This document shows positions 25,142 through 38,259 of a stretch of 64,000 nt of DNA, one piece after another. The translations under genes were made by a program, and so were the position numbers. Source of the DNA: Geosiphon pyriformis uo1 (taxonomy: Eukaryota > Fungi > Glomeromycota); contig JAAOMT010000226.1 in the NCBI GenBank assembly GCA_016748015.1, forward strand, positions 1-64,000, given 5' to 3'. Within the stretch, counting starts at the first letter, position 1, and each line of letters starts with the position of its first letter. A model generated the notes under the pieces. It was not told the DNA's origin, searched no databases, and worked only from the letters and a program-made list of their open reading frames with translations.

Positions 25142-25993
25142 TGTTACAGATAATTATTTGGGGTCTCAAATCAAATAACAAATTCGTAACTTGGTGCTTG
25201 GTTGGTATTCTGGTGTTGATATCTGAAAGTGGGGTTTATCTGAAGGTTTTGTTGCAGAGTTCTTTGTATAATAGACAGAAATTTAACTGATGGTTTTATT
25301 TGTAGCTTCCTGAAACCACAATTTCATCAAATTTCTTTCTCAGCATAGTGGCCAGTAATCCTTTTGGTAAGCTATCCTCAAATCTATAAGTGTTCTATCC
25401 TTGTTTTACAGGTCTTTTACCAGTTTCTATGATATCTGTATCTCAGCACTTAATCCTTAATCAATTTAGTAAAACCAAAGAAATAACAAAAAAAAATACA
25501 AGAAAAATAAAAGAAGATAAAAAAATAAACAAAAGCAATTGCAAGTTAGTATCCCATCAATAGCCATGATCAAGAGTTATTGTTCTAGTATGGTTAAGTA
25601 TCAATTACTATCAACATGAAGTGTTAATAATGGAGAGTGGATTAAGATAGTGAATAATTATTTATTGATGGAAAATTGCTTAGATCAAATCTAAACTAAG
25701 AGGTCTCTAACTAAACAATTCTGTTTTTTTTACTTTCAATACTATTACTATATATACATAATTTGAATTTTATGAGATCACTTACATTCTCAAGCAATGT
25801 TCTATAATTTTTCAAGCAATGCTTACATTGTTAAGCGATGTGTCATGATTTCTGACATTGCTTCATATTGCTGAGCAATGTGCCGTGATTTCTGATATTG
25901 CTCTACATTGCTGAGTAATATGCTTATGTGCTAACTACTACTCTCTTATTGGTCTACTGTTTTCCTATATCTGTTTTTTTTTTATGAGTAACA
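25142..25993 (-). repeat. Gypsy A 3' LTR (852 bp)
   Basis: TGTTAC...GTAACA termini; direct repeat of 35695-36556; adjacent polypurine tract aaaaggaggggataa on the minus strand. Confidence 0.95.
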
Positions 25994-26007
25994 TTATCCC
26001 CTCCTTT

Positions 26008-28080
26008 TTAATATTGAGCTCTGTCAAAATCTTTATTTTGAATTAATTCTAATACTTTTTTTTCAAGTATTGTTTGTTCGACTCTGTTTATCACTTTTTT
26101 TACTTGTGTATTTTTCATTCTTCCTCATTGGTTAATGGTTATGGTTTCTATATCCGAGTGTAACAGTATTTCTGGATAGTTTCGAAAAATGTTGTGTAAT
26201 CAGTATATTGTTTTAACATGTATTGTTAAATTTGTTTTTTTTCCCATAAATTCTTTAATTTGCTGGATTATGTCTTGGTTGAATATTCTCTTGAATTTGT
26301 TAATATACAACTCCTGAATATTCAACTTTTGACCTAACTGGTAGTAGCAATATAATATTGGAAGTTGTTTTGTCTATTGCTTCTAATTTTTTTTGTAAGC
26401 TCTTCTGTTGGTGCTATAATAGATATTTTCCCAAAAGTGTTCTTCACTTTTTCTATTAAGTTATTTATCCAGTTTTTATTATTCTTTGGTGGTTGCTGAT
26501 ATGGTGTATTTTTAGTCTTTCTTTAGGTGTTTTGATAGCAAATTATTTGGTTGTTAATAATAATTTCCATGTCTAACTGTTGTTGACTTAAGGTCTGGAA
26601 CAATTGTTGAACTATAGTGTGAATATGATCTGGTATTTCCATTTTTTCTTGGTTGCTTTTGTCACATATACTGTGTCTTTATATACTCTTTTGGTTGTTC
26701 AATTTGACATGTTTGGTTTAATAATTATGATTGGTTTCAGATCTCGTGAAATCTCATCTGGTTGAATTAGTATTTTTTATATTCCCAGTTGTGGAATATT
26801 ATTAGTGAATGATAATACTATCTGGTGATATGGTTTTAGTCAATTACTATGTGCTGCTTTGGCTAAGATTTTGTTGTCTCATCTTAATTTATAAGCTCTA
26901 TTTCTTAGAATTTCTTCTATGTGAAATGGTCTATCTCATTTGGGATTGAATTTTCTACTCCATTGTTTTTCTACTTTGGTACAATGTAATAGTACTTTGT
27001 CTCCAATCTTAAATTCAACTGGTTTATCTGGTAGTTGGTTATCATGTCATTCTTTTTGTTTTTCTTGTGATTTTTGAATGTTATCAGCTGCTTTTCATTA
27101 TCTGTTTTCTAGTGTTTCTATTAAGTCATACGTTTTTTTCAACAATGTTTCTTGGAAATTATCTTTTGTTATTGGTTCAGTTGGGTATGTACTGACTTCT
27201 ATTTCAACTGGTAATGTTGCTGTTTTATCATATACTAATTTAAATAGTGTTGCTTATGTGGTATCTTGTTTTATTGTCCAATAAGCAAATAATACTGATG
27301 GTATAAACAAATTCCATTCATTCTGGTTTTCTTGACTAATCTTGGCAATGGCTTCACACAATGTTCTGTTAAATCTTTCGACTAGTTTATTTGTTTGTGG
27401 ATGATATGGTGATGACAATAGTCTTTTGATTCCAAATCTTTGACTTAATTCTGTCAATGTTCTGTTTACAAAATGAGTTCCTTAATCTGATAATAATTTT
27501 TTTGGACATCTGTGTCAACAGATCAGATCTTGATGAACGAATTTGGTGACAGATTCTGCATCTGCTCTTTGAATGGCTTTTGCTTCTGGCCATTTAGTGA
27601 GATAATCCATGGCTACTGCAATATATCTGTTGCCTCTGCTGGTGATTGTTAATGGTTTGACTAAGTCAATTCCAATGTAATTGAATGGTTGTTCTATTTT
27701 GATTGGTCTCAATGGTTTACTGGGTTTTGTTCCTTTTCTTCTCTGATAAACATCACAATTTTGAACATATAGATGATGTGTGGATACATTGATGGCCAAT
27801 AGTATTTTTTTCTGGTTTTTTTCATGATTGCTTCTTTATGAAAATGTTCTGTTGTTGGGTTTAAGTACATATTGAACAATATTGTCTCTTTTTCTGATTC
27901 TGTAATTACTCTGGTTGGTTGATCTGGATTCTTTTTGTTTTTCTGGTAAAGTATATTTTGGTAATTGATAAAATATTTTGATTGTTGTTTGATATTGTTT
28001 TGTTCTTTTTGAGATAATTTTTTCTTGAACAATTGGGTATTTATATAATGCTGGAGTTGTTGGTATTTTTGTATATTCAT
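26008..28080 (-). pseudogene. Gypsy A integrase ORF with long C-terminal extension
   Basis: Own ATG (MNIQKYQQLQHY), decayed HHCC, IGIDLV, AMDYLTKWPEA, SPYHPQTNKLVERFNRTL, GPY/F-like module, then ~230 further codons ending DFDRAQY*. Confidence 0.85.
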
Positions 28081-31000
28081 CTTTTGTTATATTTTTTTTT
28101 GGGTTAAAATGTTTTTAGATTTGTCTCATTTGTGACAATCCATCGGCATTTCCATTGTCTTTTCTTTTTTTATAATGTACCATATAATTGAATAGTGAAA
28201 GCTTTATTTTCTATCTGACATGGCAATTATCTCCAAATTTTTGTTTTTGAATTGAAGTCAATCCTTTGTAATCTGTATATATTTCAAACTTTTGGCTCAA
28301 GTATTTTTTTCATTTCATGATTGCCCAATAAATTGCTAAGTGTTCTAATGCTGGTGTTCCATAGTTCTTTTTAGCTGGACTTAAGCTTCTACTGGCATAA
28401 GTTACTGAATGCTCTCTTCTATCCAGTCTTTTTTGTGATAGTACTGCTCCTAATGCTTGACCTAATGTATTGGTGGTGATTATAAATAGTTTGCTGTGAT
28501 TTGAATACATTAATATTGGAGCTTGGATAAGCTTTCTTTTTAATGTGTTAAACACTTTTTGTTGAGCTTTAGTCTATTCATACTTCACATTCTTGGTTTG
28601 TAAATAGTGAAGTGGCTGAGCCAGTTTTGAAAAGTCTTTGATAAAATGGCAATAATAGTCTGCAAATCCCAAGAATGCTCTTAATTCTGTGAGATTATTT
28701 GGTACTGGAAAGTTTTTGACAACTTTGATCTTGTCTGGATCTGTTTTGCTGTCATCTTTGCTCACAACATGTTCCAAGAATTTTAGTTCTGTTTTTTTAA
28801 AGAAGCATTTATTGGCATTTAATTTTAATCTTACCTGTCTGAGCCTTTCAAATACTTGTTGAAGATGGTGAAGATGATCATCAAATGTTTTTGAGAACAC
28901 ATTTGTGTTATCCAAGTAGACAACTACTGATTTCCACAGTAATTCAGTATAAACAATTTCCATAAGCTGTTGAAATATTGCTGGAGCATTTATCAAGCCA
29001 AATGGCATGACTTCAAACTCAAAATTTCTTTCTTTTGTGGTAAATGCTGTTTTTTTTTGTCAGCTGAATTCATGGCTACTTGCCAGTAATCACTATCTAA
29101 ATTCAGTATTGAGAACCATTTATTTCCTCCAAAAGCATCAAATAGTTCTTGGATTTTTGAAGTTGGATAGCTATTTTCTTTGGTTACTCTGTTCAGTTTT
29201 TAGTAATTCATACAAAATGGATTTTCCCATTTTTCTTCCAAACTAGTACCACTGATAATGACTATGGACTTATTGATGGCTAAATTAGCTTGTTGTCAAG
29301 CATTTGATTGATTTCTTGATGAATGATCTCATGACTAGCTGGTAGTACTCTGTATGTTCTTTGCTTGATTGGCATTGTATCTCCAGTTTTGATCTGATGC
29401 TGGATGATGTTGGTGCGGCCAAATTCATTTTCGTTAACAAAGATGTCATTAAAATTGCCAAGTAACATCTTTAGTTGCATCTGTTGAAGTGGGTCTAAAT
29501 TCTCCATGTTTATTTGTTCCAATTGTTCTGGTTGGAGCAGATAACATTCACTTTGTCCATAGATAGTCTGTAATGTAATGTTTACATATCCACAAAGCTG
29601 TGGAAAATCTGGAATATGGTCTAGTGGTTGATCCTCAACTTTAGCAGTTAAATATCCAATGATAGTTCCTTTTGGTATCTCAATGACATTTTCTATTGTG
29701 TTATAAATGGAGATTTTGATGTTTTTGGAGCTTTTGGCTAATATGTAAAGATTAGTAAGTCCAATTTTTTCTGATTTGCAAATAATGGCTTCTGCTTCAA
29801 ACAACTGAACTTGATTCTTTACTTTTTTTTTTATAGCTAATATATACCAGTCATATGGTGGAATGGAAATTGTTTGATGGATTGAGATAATTTCTCCTTT
29901 GTCAATAATCTCTTCTTCCACCATATTAACTGGTATATCTATTCTACTTGTTGATCCAAATCCCTGTATCCCTTTAGCAGTAATCCCTAATTCTTTTTTG
30001 TTTCTCATTAACACTAATTGAGTTATTTTCACCAGAAGTAAGAATATTGCTTGTACTATCTTTTTATTTGGCTTTATGATATAGGTCTTTTCAGAGTCAT
30101 TTTATAGCATAGCAATGATATTTTCTATGTATCCTGTATTAATTATTCCTTCTCTGATGTTGATTTTCTTTTTTGTTAAGTTATTTCTAGATGCTAGTTG
30201 AAACATGATTGTTGCTGGAATTTCCAGTGCTATTTTTAGATCAATACAAGTGTGCAAATGTGGTTCCAATTTGATGATTTCTTTTCCTGAATATCTCAGA
30301 TCAAATCCTGTGTCAGTATTATGTGCACGTTCTGGCATGATATCTTCATTATTGTCACTATACCATTTGAGTTTCTGCTTCTTAGAAAGATCAAGAAATA
30401 CAATGTATATTTTGGGGTTTGAATTGGAGTCTGAATCATTGATACTTTCATTGCTGAATTGGGTGGAGCTAGAACTGGTGTTTTTGTTATCATTGTTGTC
30501 AGAGTTTGAATCGAGATTAAGAACTGATTCTGATTCCGATGCACAGCTACTCATTGGTTTGTCTTCTTTTGGGATCATGTATATCATGTGCAATGGTGGA
30601 TTGTAAATGAGGTCACACTCATTACAATATTGGAAGTCACAGGGAATTAAGCAGTGTTAACATAGTCGAGTATTCAACTGTTCTAGGCATTGCTCTTGCT
30701 CTTCTTTAGTGAGTGCTATTTCTTGGTAGTGTTCATAAAATTGTTTCGGATCTAGAAGATTTATAACTGGTTCTGGGTCTCAGTTAAGCTCTATGAGTTC
30801 TGGTGAGTTGTTTTTAATTTCTCTGATTTTTTCAGGTAATGCTCTTTCTATCTTGGTTATTGCCATTTTTCATATCTCATTGTTATTATGTGGACAACTG
30901 TCCAATTGCTGTACAGCTCTTCTCCAGGTGGCTTTTATGGTATCTCTTTCTTAATCCAATTGTTGATGAGGATTGTGTACTGACATAAAGCATTGCACAT

Positions 31001-31261
31001 TCCTCCTCGACCAAAAATGTTGTTCTACATTCTTTTATCAAGTAAAGTTTCTCCACAAACTAGACAAGATTTGTTGTCTCATTTTTTTTGCTGTTTTGGT
31101 CGTCCAAAGTGTTCTATGATGCATGCACGGCAGTAGAATTTGGTTGCCATTTGGTATTCCTCGTCATTGTTACAGCATGTGTTCATTGACAACAATTTTT
31201 TGCCACAATTGACACATATCAGCTTTGGTCAACAATAGCTCAATCATTGTGATAGTAGGTA

Positions 31262-32617
31262 CAGGGGGGTATAAAAAGTATTGGACACTTTTATAATATG
31301 TTATATAAAAGAACTAACTTATGAATCGTTAATTTTTTATTATTATATTAAAATACATGTTAGTATTTTGTTTGACCCCTATTTGTTTTAAGAATAGCTT
31401 GAACTCGACATAGAATAGACTTGATCAAATTATGATAGTAATTTACAGATATCGCATCCCATTCTTCCTTAACTCACTGTTCCAATTGTACAATATTTGA
31501 GAGTTGTGAATTACGTTGACAAATTTTAACTTCAATATATGACCAAATATTTTTTATTGGAGTAATATTAAGACTTTGTGCTGGCCAAGGAAGTAATTTA
31601 ACATTTGAAGAGGTAAGAAAAGAACGCGTGACTTTTAATGTGTGGATTGGTACATTGTCTTCCTGAAAAAAAAAACTTTTTTTTAGTTTTTTTTGCATGA
31701 AGTTTTACTGTAGAAATTGCATAATTAGCCAAGGTTTCATGGTGTATAACTCCAGTAATATGATCAACCAAAAGAACTAAAGAACCCAAACCAACTCATG
31801 AAAAACATCTCCAAAACATGCGACCAAAGCTTTTTCTAACTGTGGCCGCAATACAATTCTTATAAAAGTCTTCGGAAAGTTTACGTCATACACGTCCAAA
31901 TCCTGTAGTCCTAAATTGTGTATATGTAGATTCATCTAACCAAACAACTCGTTTAAAATCTTTTACTGTCCAATTTTCATAAGTACGAGCCCATTGTAAA
32001 CGTTTTTCTTTATTTGATTTGAAAATTAATGGCTTGAGACGAGGAATGCATGAGTGAAGTCCTTCTTGAGCTAATTCATTTTGAATAGTTTGTATAAAAA
32101 TAGATTTGTTGGTATTTTTAATAAAATTCAATCGTATTTGAGAAAGAGTTTGGCGGCAGGTTTCTTTATTCTTTATTATTGAATATTTGAGTTGTTTACA
32201 TGCACATTTGTCAAAAATTTGTGGTCAGCCCATTCGTTTTTTAGAAAGTTTTTTTAGCTCGTATGACTTCTATACACGTATTACAGAAGAACATAAACAT
32301 CCAATAGTTGTGGAAATCTCACTGTTTGTATGTCCTAACTTTATTGCTGAAATAATCCCTCCTTTTTGGTATTCAGAAAGTTCTTTTCCAAGACACATTT
32401 GATGTGGTAAATTTTTTCATGACAAGAATGTTTGATATTTTATATATACGCATATGATCCACTGTTGTATTTTACAAGGACGCAATTTATGTTGATTTGT
32501 AGATTATAACTATAAGTAATTATAAAAAAAATTATGGCTTAAATTGGTAATAGTATTACTATATATAGCCTTTTTTATATATTATATTAAGTGTTCAATA
32601 CTTTTTATACTCTCCTG
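31262..32617 (-). mobile_element. Tc1-family (DD34E) DNA transposon, 1356 bp, inserted in Gypsy A
   Basis: TA TSD (31260-61, 32618-19); 29-bp TIRs CAGGGGGGTATAAAAAGTATTGGACACTT with 3 G/A mismatches; flanks rejoin to Gypsy sequence. Confidence 0.95.
31360..32398 (-). pseudogene. Tc1 transposase (disrupted; catalytic E changed to K)
   Basis: KELSEYQKGGII HTH start, VVWLDES, FQEDNVPIH, WPAQSLNITPIKNIW. 34 residues lie between the second D and the K at the E position; ends GQTKY*. Confidence 0.9.
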
Positions 32618-35600
32618 TATGTATAAGAGATATAAGTGACAGTTGGTAGTGGCTCTTCTTCCTTCACTTTTCCTTTTTTTTTCTTTCTCTCATCTTATTT
32701 CCAAGTTATCAGTTTTTCCAAATCATGATTGGTTTTTCAGACTTGGTTGTTATTTCAGATAAGTTCTTTTTTCTGCTTTTCTTTGTTGTTGTCATCCCAT
32801 AAGAGTATTGGTGGCAACTTATTGTGGTCTTCATCAGCCCAAGAGACTTGATAGGCTTCCCAGGTAGGTTTCTCTTTTTCTTCTTCAAATTTGACAAGTA
32901 GTGTTGTCAAGTTGGTTGTCTTGAAGTAGCCACACTAACTGGTACATATGTGTGTTGTCTATGCTGGCTAATTTGAAGCTCCTGCATATTTCAATCAAGT
33001 ATTGCATTGGTTTTAGATAGCAAGTCATTGCCAACAAGTGCTTGATATTGAGTGGCTTCCATGACTAATACTTTGATTGGCACAATGATGCTATTGACTT
33101 CTATAGGGAAGTCATCAATTTTGCTGATTGGAGTTTTAGTTGCTCCATTAGCCATGATAATTCATGCACTGGCAGCTTAATCAACTCAGCAACCTAATTG
33201 GTCTATGAATTGTTTGGTGATAATACTGCCAGCTGATCTACTGTCTAAGATCAGTTTGATGGAATGGCCATCAACTTTGGCATCTGTATACATGGCAGTA
33301 ATAGGTTTTTCTTTTAGAGCAGCTTCACTAAATAATGGCGTGGTTGACAGTTTGTCAAGTTCAAATGGGAAGATGGCATCCAGTGATTTGTTCTCAAAGA
33401 TAGTAGCTGGGGGAATATTGTTGGTAAGTGTTGTTTATTGGTTGGTTTTCAGATTATTGGATTGGGCATCTTCTGGGGTAACCAGAAAACTTAAATAGTT
33501 CTGGAAATTTGGGTTTTGGGTGTATCCAGTGCTTGAATTCTATTGTCAAGATCCTGATGATTGTGCTGTGGAACTGGGAATTGGTTAATGGACTACTATT
33601 AATGATCTTCAGCTTTGCTGTGTCAGTTTCAGCCTTTGAGTTCTGTTTTGAGGTAAGTTTTGGGGCAGTGTTTGAATTTGTTGGGGCTAATAGATTACCT
33701 GAGACTACAGCTGATAAATGAGTTGGGGCTGCAGATGATAAATGACAGGTGCTGTTGGCTGATATATTGGCAGTTGATAAATTTGTGGCTGCATTATAGG
33801 TATGTAATTTGGTTGATATATTTTTGCATTTGATTAATAACTTGGAGCTGAAAACTTGTGATCAGGGTTTTGATATTGATTTCCTGATCATTGGTTTTCT
33901 ATTCTTAACCAACAATCGATTCTCAAATGTTCTTGTTTACTACAGTAGTGGCAAATATGTGTTTTTTGCTGTTATGGCTGATTGGATGATGATAATAGAC
34001 ATAACTGATTTTGTGAGCAATTTGTAATTCCTAAATTATTGCACCATTAGGGTGGCTGATAAATTGTGCAATTGTCAACTAAGTACTTTTCAAGCTTCTG
34101 GTTAATAGAATTACTGAATTGTTTCAGTTTGGAATCCAATTCAGATGATCTATTCATTACTAGATTTATGGCTTGGACATGGTTAGCTTCGAGTTCAACT
34201 GTTTCAAAATCTTTGGTGTTGGTAACTGTAGCTTGAAGGTCTGCTGGATGCATTGGATGATACTACTGTGCAGACCTCTAATAAATTGGTTTAGAATTTG
34301 TGGTGCTATAAAATAGTCATTCTGAATTGCTTGAATTTAATGCAGATTTCTATAGAAGCATCTTAGGTAAGTAGTGACTGCTTCATTTTCTCCTTGTTTG
34401 ATAGTGGTAAAAGTGTTTGCTAGTCAATTAATACTATTATTATTGCTGAAGTATTGTAGGAATGCAAGCTTGAATGCATTGAAATTCTGGAGTTTGTTAG
34501 CCAAGCTTTGATACCATAAATTGGCAGTATTCTGGAGAAAATAGGGAATGGCTTGCATGGCTTTGGCATTATTTCATCCATTGGCTGCGATGGCTTTTTT
34601 CACATTGTTTAGCCACACTTAGGCATTGTCTTCTTTGCTAGTGAATTTTTCAAGTTTGGCAATAGGAGCATATGCCATTGGCGCTACAATTTGTTATTGT
34701 GGTAGTTGTTGAAGTTGTTGTTGTGGTGATGGAAGCAGTTGTTGTGGTTGTTGGGATGATTGAAGTGGCTGCTGTTGAATTGGTGCAATAATTGGTTCAA
34801 TTGGTAATTGATCAATGATGATTACTGAAGATAAGTTTTGCTGATTAATTGTTTTAGGATTTCAATCATCCTGATTTTGCTGCATTTGAAAATTCGGAGT
34901 TTTAATTTCTGGGTTGCTAGTGATTGGATTCTGGTAAGTAAATTCTTGATCTTGAGATTCTTTTTCTTTTTCCTCTTCTGATTTCGTTATCTTTCAGAGA
35001 CTCACATTTCCAAAATCTGGTTGAGGTGGCAGTGATCAAAATCTTGATGGTATTGACAATTCCGATTTAAATCTCTCAAAATAATCACCATAGGTTTCTA
35101 GTAATTCTGTTTTCTTTTGTTTACTTTGAAATAGTAACCATCTAAATGTTGATGTCGCGTGTGTTATGTATATGTCTGCTGATGAAATGTTGATGACACT
35201 TCTGGGTGTATAGTGATATGATGGGTTTGTTGGTAATTCAACTCTGGTTTTCTTCTAAGTGAGTGGTTGTATTTGTTTTGGTGTTACTGCTGGTGTTTTG
35301 CAATCTTTTTTTGCCTTTGTCTGCATAGTTGATTGGAAATTGTTGTTGTATATATCTTTTAATGATTTGGTTTATTTCCCTGATGATTGGTGCAAAACTA
35401 TAGTTCCTTAGTAAACTAGTATGTTGAAATAATTTTGTATAAAAATTTTCTTTTGTGAATTCAATGTTAACTGTTCCTCCTAAGCAGTCTGTGATTTTAT
35501 TGTTGACATAAAAGTTGAAAGCAGATTCTGCTGAGAAGTGATTATTGTTTAATCCCAATTGTTGGTTGTACTGTTGAAACAAAGATTTGGCGAATCTTAA

Positions 35601-35694
35601 ATGGTTTGCTCCTATGTTTTCTAATTCTGCCACTTTTAGATAATTGTTGTTGGTGCTGTTTTCTGTAGGATTATACCTTACAGGGAGCATCAAA

Positions 35695-36556
35695 TATTAC
35701 AAATGATTATTTGGGGTCTTAAATCAAATAACAAATTCATAACTTGGTACTTGGTTGGTATTCTGGTGTTGATATCTGAAAGTGGGGTTTATCTGAAGGT
35801 TTTGTTGTGGAGTTTTTTGTATAATGGACAGAGATTTAACTGATGGTTTTATTTGTAGCTTCCCAAAACTGCAGTTTCGTTAAATTTTTTTCTTAGCATA
35901 GTGGCCAGTAATCTTCCTAGTAAGCTATCCTCAAATCTATGAGTATTCTACTCTTGTTTCACAGGTCTTTTACCAGTCTCTATGACATCTGTATTTTAGC
36001 ATTTAATCCTTAATCAATTTAGTAAAACCAAAGAAATAACAAAAAAAAATACAAGAAAAATAAAAGAAGATAAAAAAATAAATGAAAGCAATTGCAAGTT
36101 AGTATCCTATCAATAGCCGTGATCAAAAGCTATTGTTTTAGTATGGTTAAGTATTAATTACTATCAATATGAAGTGTTAATAGTGGAGAGTGAATTGAGA
36201 TAGTGAATAATTATTTATTAATATTTGTGAATGGAAGATTGCTTAGATCAAATCTAAACTAAGAGGTCTTTAACTAAATAATTCTGTCTTTTCTACTTTC
36301 AACACTATTGCTATATATACATAATTTGAGTTTTACAAAATCGCTCACATTCTCGAACAATATTCTATAATTTCTTAAGCAATGCTCACATTGCTGAGTG
36401 ATGTGTCATGATTTCTAACATTGCTTCATATTACTGAGCAATGTGCCATGATTTCTGACATTGCTCTATATTGCTGAACAATGTGCTCATGTGCTGACTA
36501 CTATTCTCTTATTGGTCTACTGTTTTCTTATATCTGTTTTCTTTTTATGAGTAATA
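35695..36556 (-). repeat. Gypsy A 5' LTR (862 bp)
   Basis: Copy of 25142-25993; both termini decayed (TATTAC...GTAATA); followed on the minus strand by TT plus PBS. Confidence 0.95.
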
Positions 36557-37280
36557 TTGGCTAGTAAAATATTTAAAAAAAAATGGTTCAAAGATTTTGA
36601 TAGTATCTTTATCAAGAATTCTTCAAGATTTTATAAGCTGAAGCTTTTGGTTTCAAAGATTGTTAAAGCTTCTTGTGAGAAAAGTGCTGTTAATTTTGTT
36701 ACCTTTATGAAATAATAAGGCTTTTTGGATAATATCAAATTTTTGATTATTCAGAATCTTATAGACTCTAGTACAAGCTTTGATCATGTTTGTTTTGCTC
36801 TCTATGAGATTAGAAAGTCTTATCATGCATCCAAGCTTGCTAAATCTTTAAGAGCTAATAAAGCAAACATCAGGTCTGCTATTAATAAAAAGATAGAAAG
36901 CTTTGTAACAAATAAGAGTTATACTATCAAAAGTGTGCTGGAGTGTCTTTTCCATAGAGTAGTGCTAGACCATCTGGTTGTTGATGATGAACTAATTATG
37001 GAGCTTAATGCAGTTAAATCTAAGGTAAATATAATTATGGAAAGTTAGACTAAAAAACATAATGTGGTTACTAATATCTCTGATATATGGTCTTATTAAT
37101 ATCAATCTTTGAAATATGTTTTTAATAAAGCTTTTTCTGGTATGATGTATTCAGTTGAGTTTAATGAACTTTTTGGTGTGATTTGTGATCTGCCTGATGA
37201 CAAAGCTGCTAGTTTCTCAGGTATTTCAAATAAGCTATGGAAACATCATGACAGATCAGTTCTGAATATGCTTTTGGTGC

Positions 37281-38259
37281 TGTTATCAAACAAAATTAGA
37301 GATATTATTTAGCATGAAATTATTTTTATAATTCCTATCATTAATTAACATATATTATCATTCAAATTATCACTTATTATATTAGCAAAATGTCCGAAAT
37401 TATCATTTAATTAATAACCCAATTTGTACATAACATAAATGTAACCTAATTGCAATGATCAATCATGTAATATCCCGAACTATGTAACATTCAAAAAGTT
37501 TGCCGAAATTTGTAGAAATTTGCCAAAATAATTGATAGTTCACCGAAATATCTAATAGTTTGTAGAAATAACTTGTAGTTCGCCAAAATGTATCTTTAGT
37601 TTAACAAAATTGTAGAAAATAGCAGAGTTCAAGTTCAGAGAATAGTGTTATAACAAGTTGTATAAAAGAAGAGCTTTTCTCTTCAAAAAAATGTATCTTA
37701 CTTCAGATTTAACAATTAGAATCATCTTTTATACACAAAAACAAAATAAATATCAAATAATTTAAAAAACCAAATTCTTTAATTATTGTACTTTGAAAAT
37801 TCTCAAAACCCAACTAATATTTTGAAATTAATTAGCTACCAATTTCAATAAAACTGTTAGTGACTCCAGGCCTCGATTGAAAACAATTTCCTTGACAGAA
37901 TTCTATTTCTTTTATATTTCTTTTATTTTTCTTTTCTTTTCTTATTACAATCTTTAAGGTAGTCTACAGACAAGATTCCTGTAGAAGAGTTGACTTTCAC
38001 AGCAAAGTAACTACACATTTTAGTGAGCTTCCAGACAAGCAATTCTTGAGAAAAAGTTGATGTTTACTACAACGTAACTACATAAAATAACTGGCAAAGA
38101 ATTGGTCATTCCACTCATAAGCCCAGCAGTTCAAATTATAGGAGATAATTTGAAGAAAAATTCAGTTACTGAAGGTTCAACTACATCCAGATAACGTGAA
38201 TTTACAGCAAACAAGCATCAATAACCATTAAGAAAAGAGACCAAAAACCTCCAGTAACA
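37281..38259 (+). mobile_element. Solo LTR (979 bp) of a different LTR family, inserted in LINE copy 2 ORF2
   Basis: TGTTA...TAACA termini, 4-bp TSD GTGC, TATAAAAG at 37661, same family as 51180-52161. LINE frame LLV|LLN rejoins across it. Confidence 0.93.

Larger units (their letters stand above)
28115..35636 (-). pseudogene. Gypsy A Gag-protease-Cys-rich-dUTPase-RT-RNase H polyprotein (interrupted by Tc1)
   Basis: MAYAPI gag, LILDS protease, dUTPase motifs TGFDL / SRNNL / GIINTGY / IVQAI / GFGST, RT MPFGL..YLDN (28907-28918), RNase H ending NADGLS; stop at 28115-28117. Confidence 0.9.
25142..36556 (-). mobile_element. Gypsy A: complete, degenerate Ty3/Gypsy LTR retrotransposon with dUTPase
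   Basis: Two LTRs; 4-bp TSD TTGG (25138-25141, 36557-36560); PBS 35676-35692; PPT 25994-26009. Order gag-PR-Cys-rich-dUTPase-RT-RH-IN. Confidence 0.95.

Noticed and set aside
30205-30606. Antisense and alternate-frame ORFs over TE genes (also 10983..11434, 16016..16327, 33205..34027, 43860..44664, 45297..45756)
   Set aside because: Shadows of the TE coding strand with no motifs of their own.
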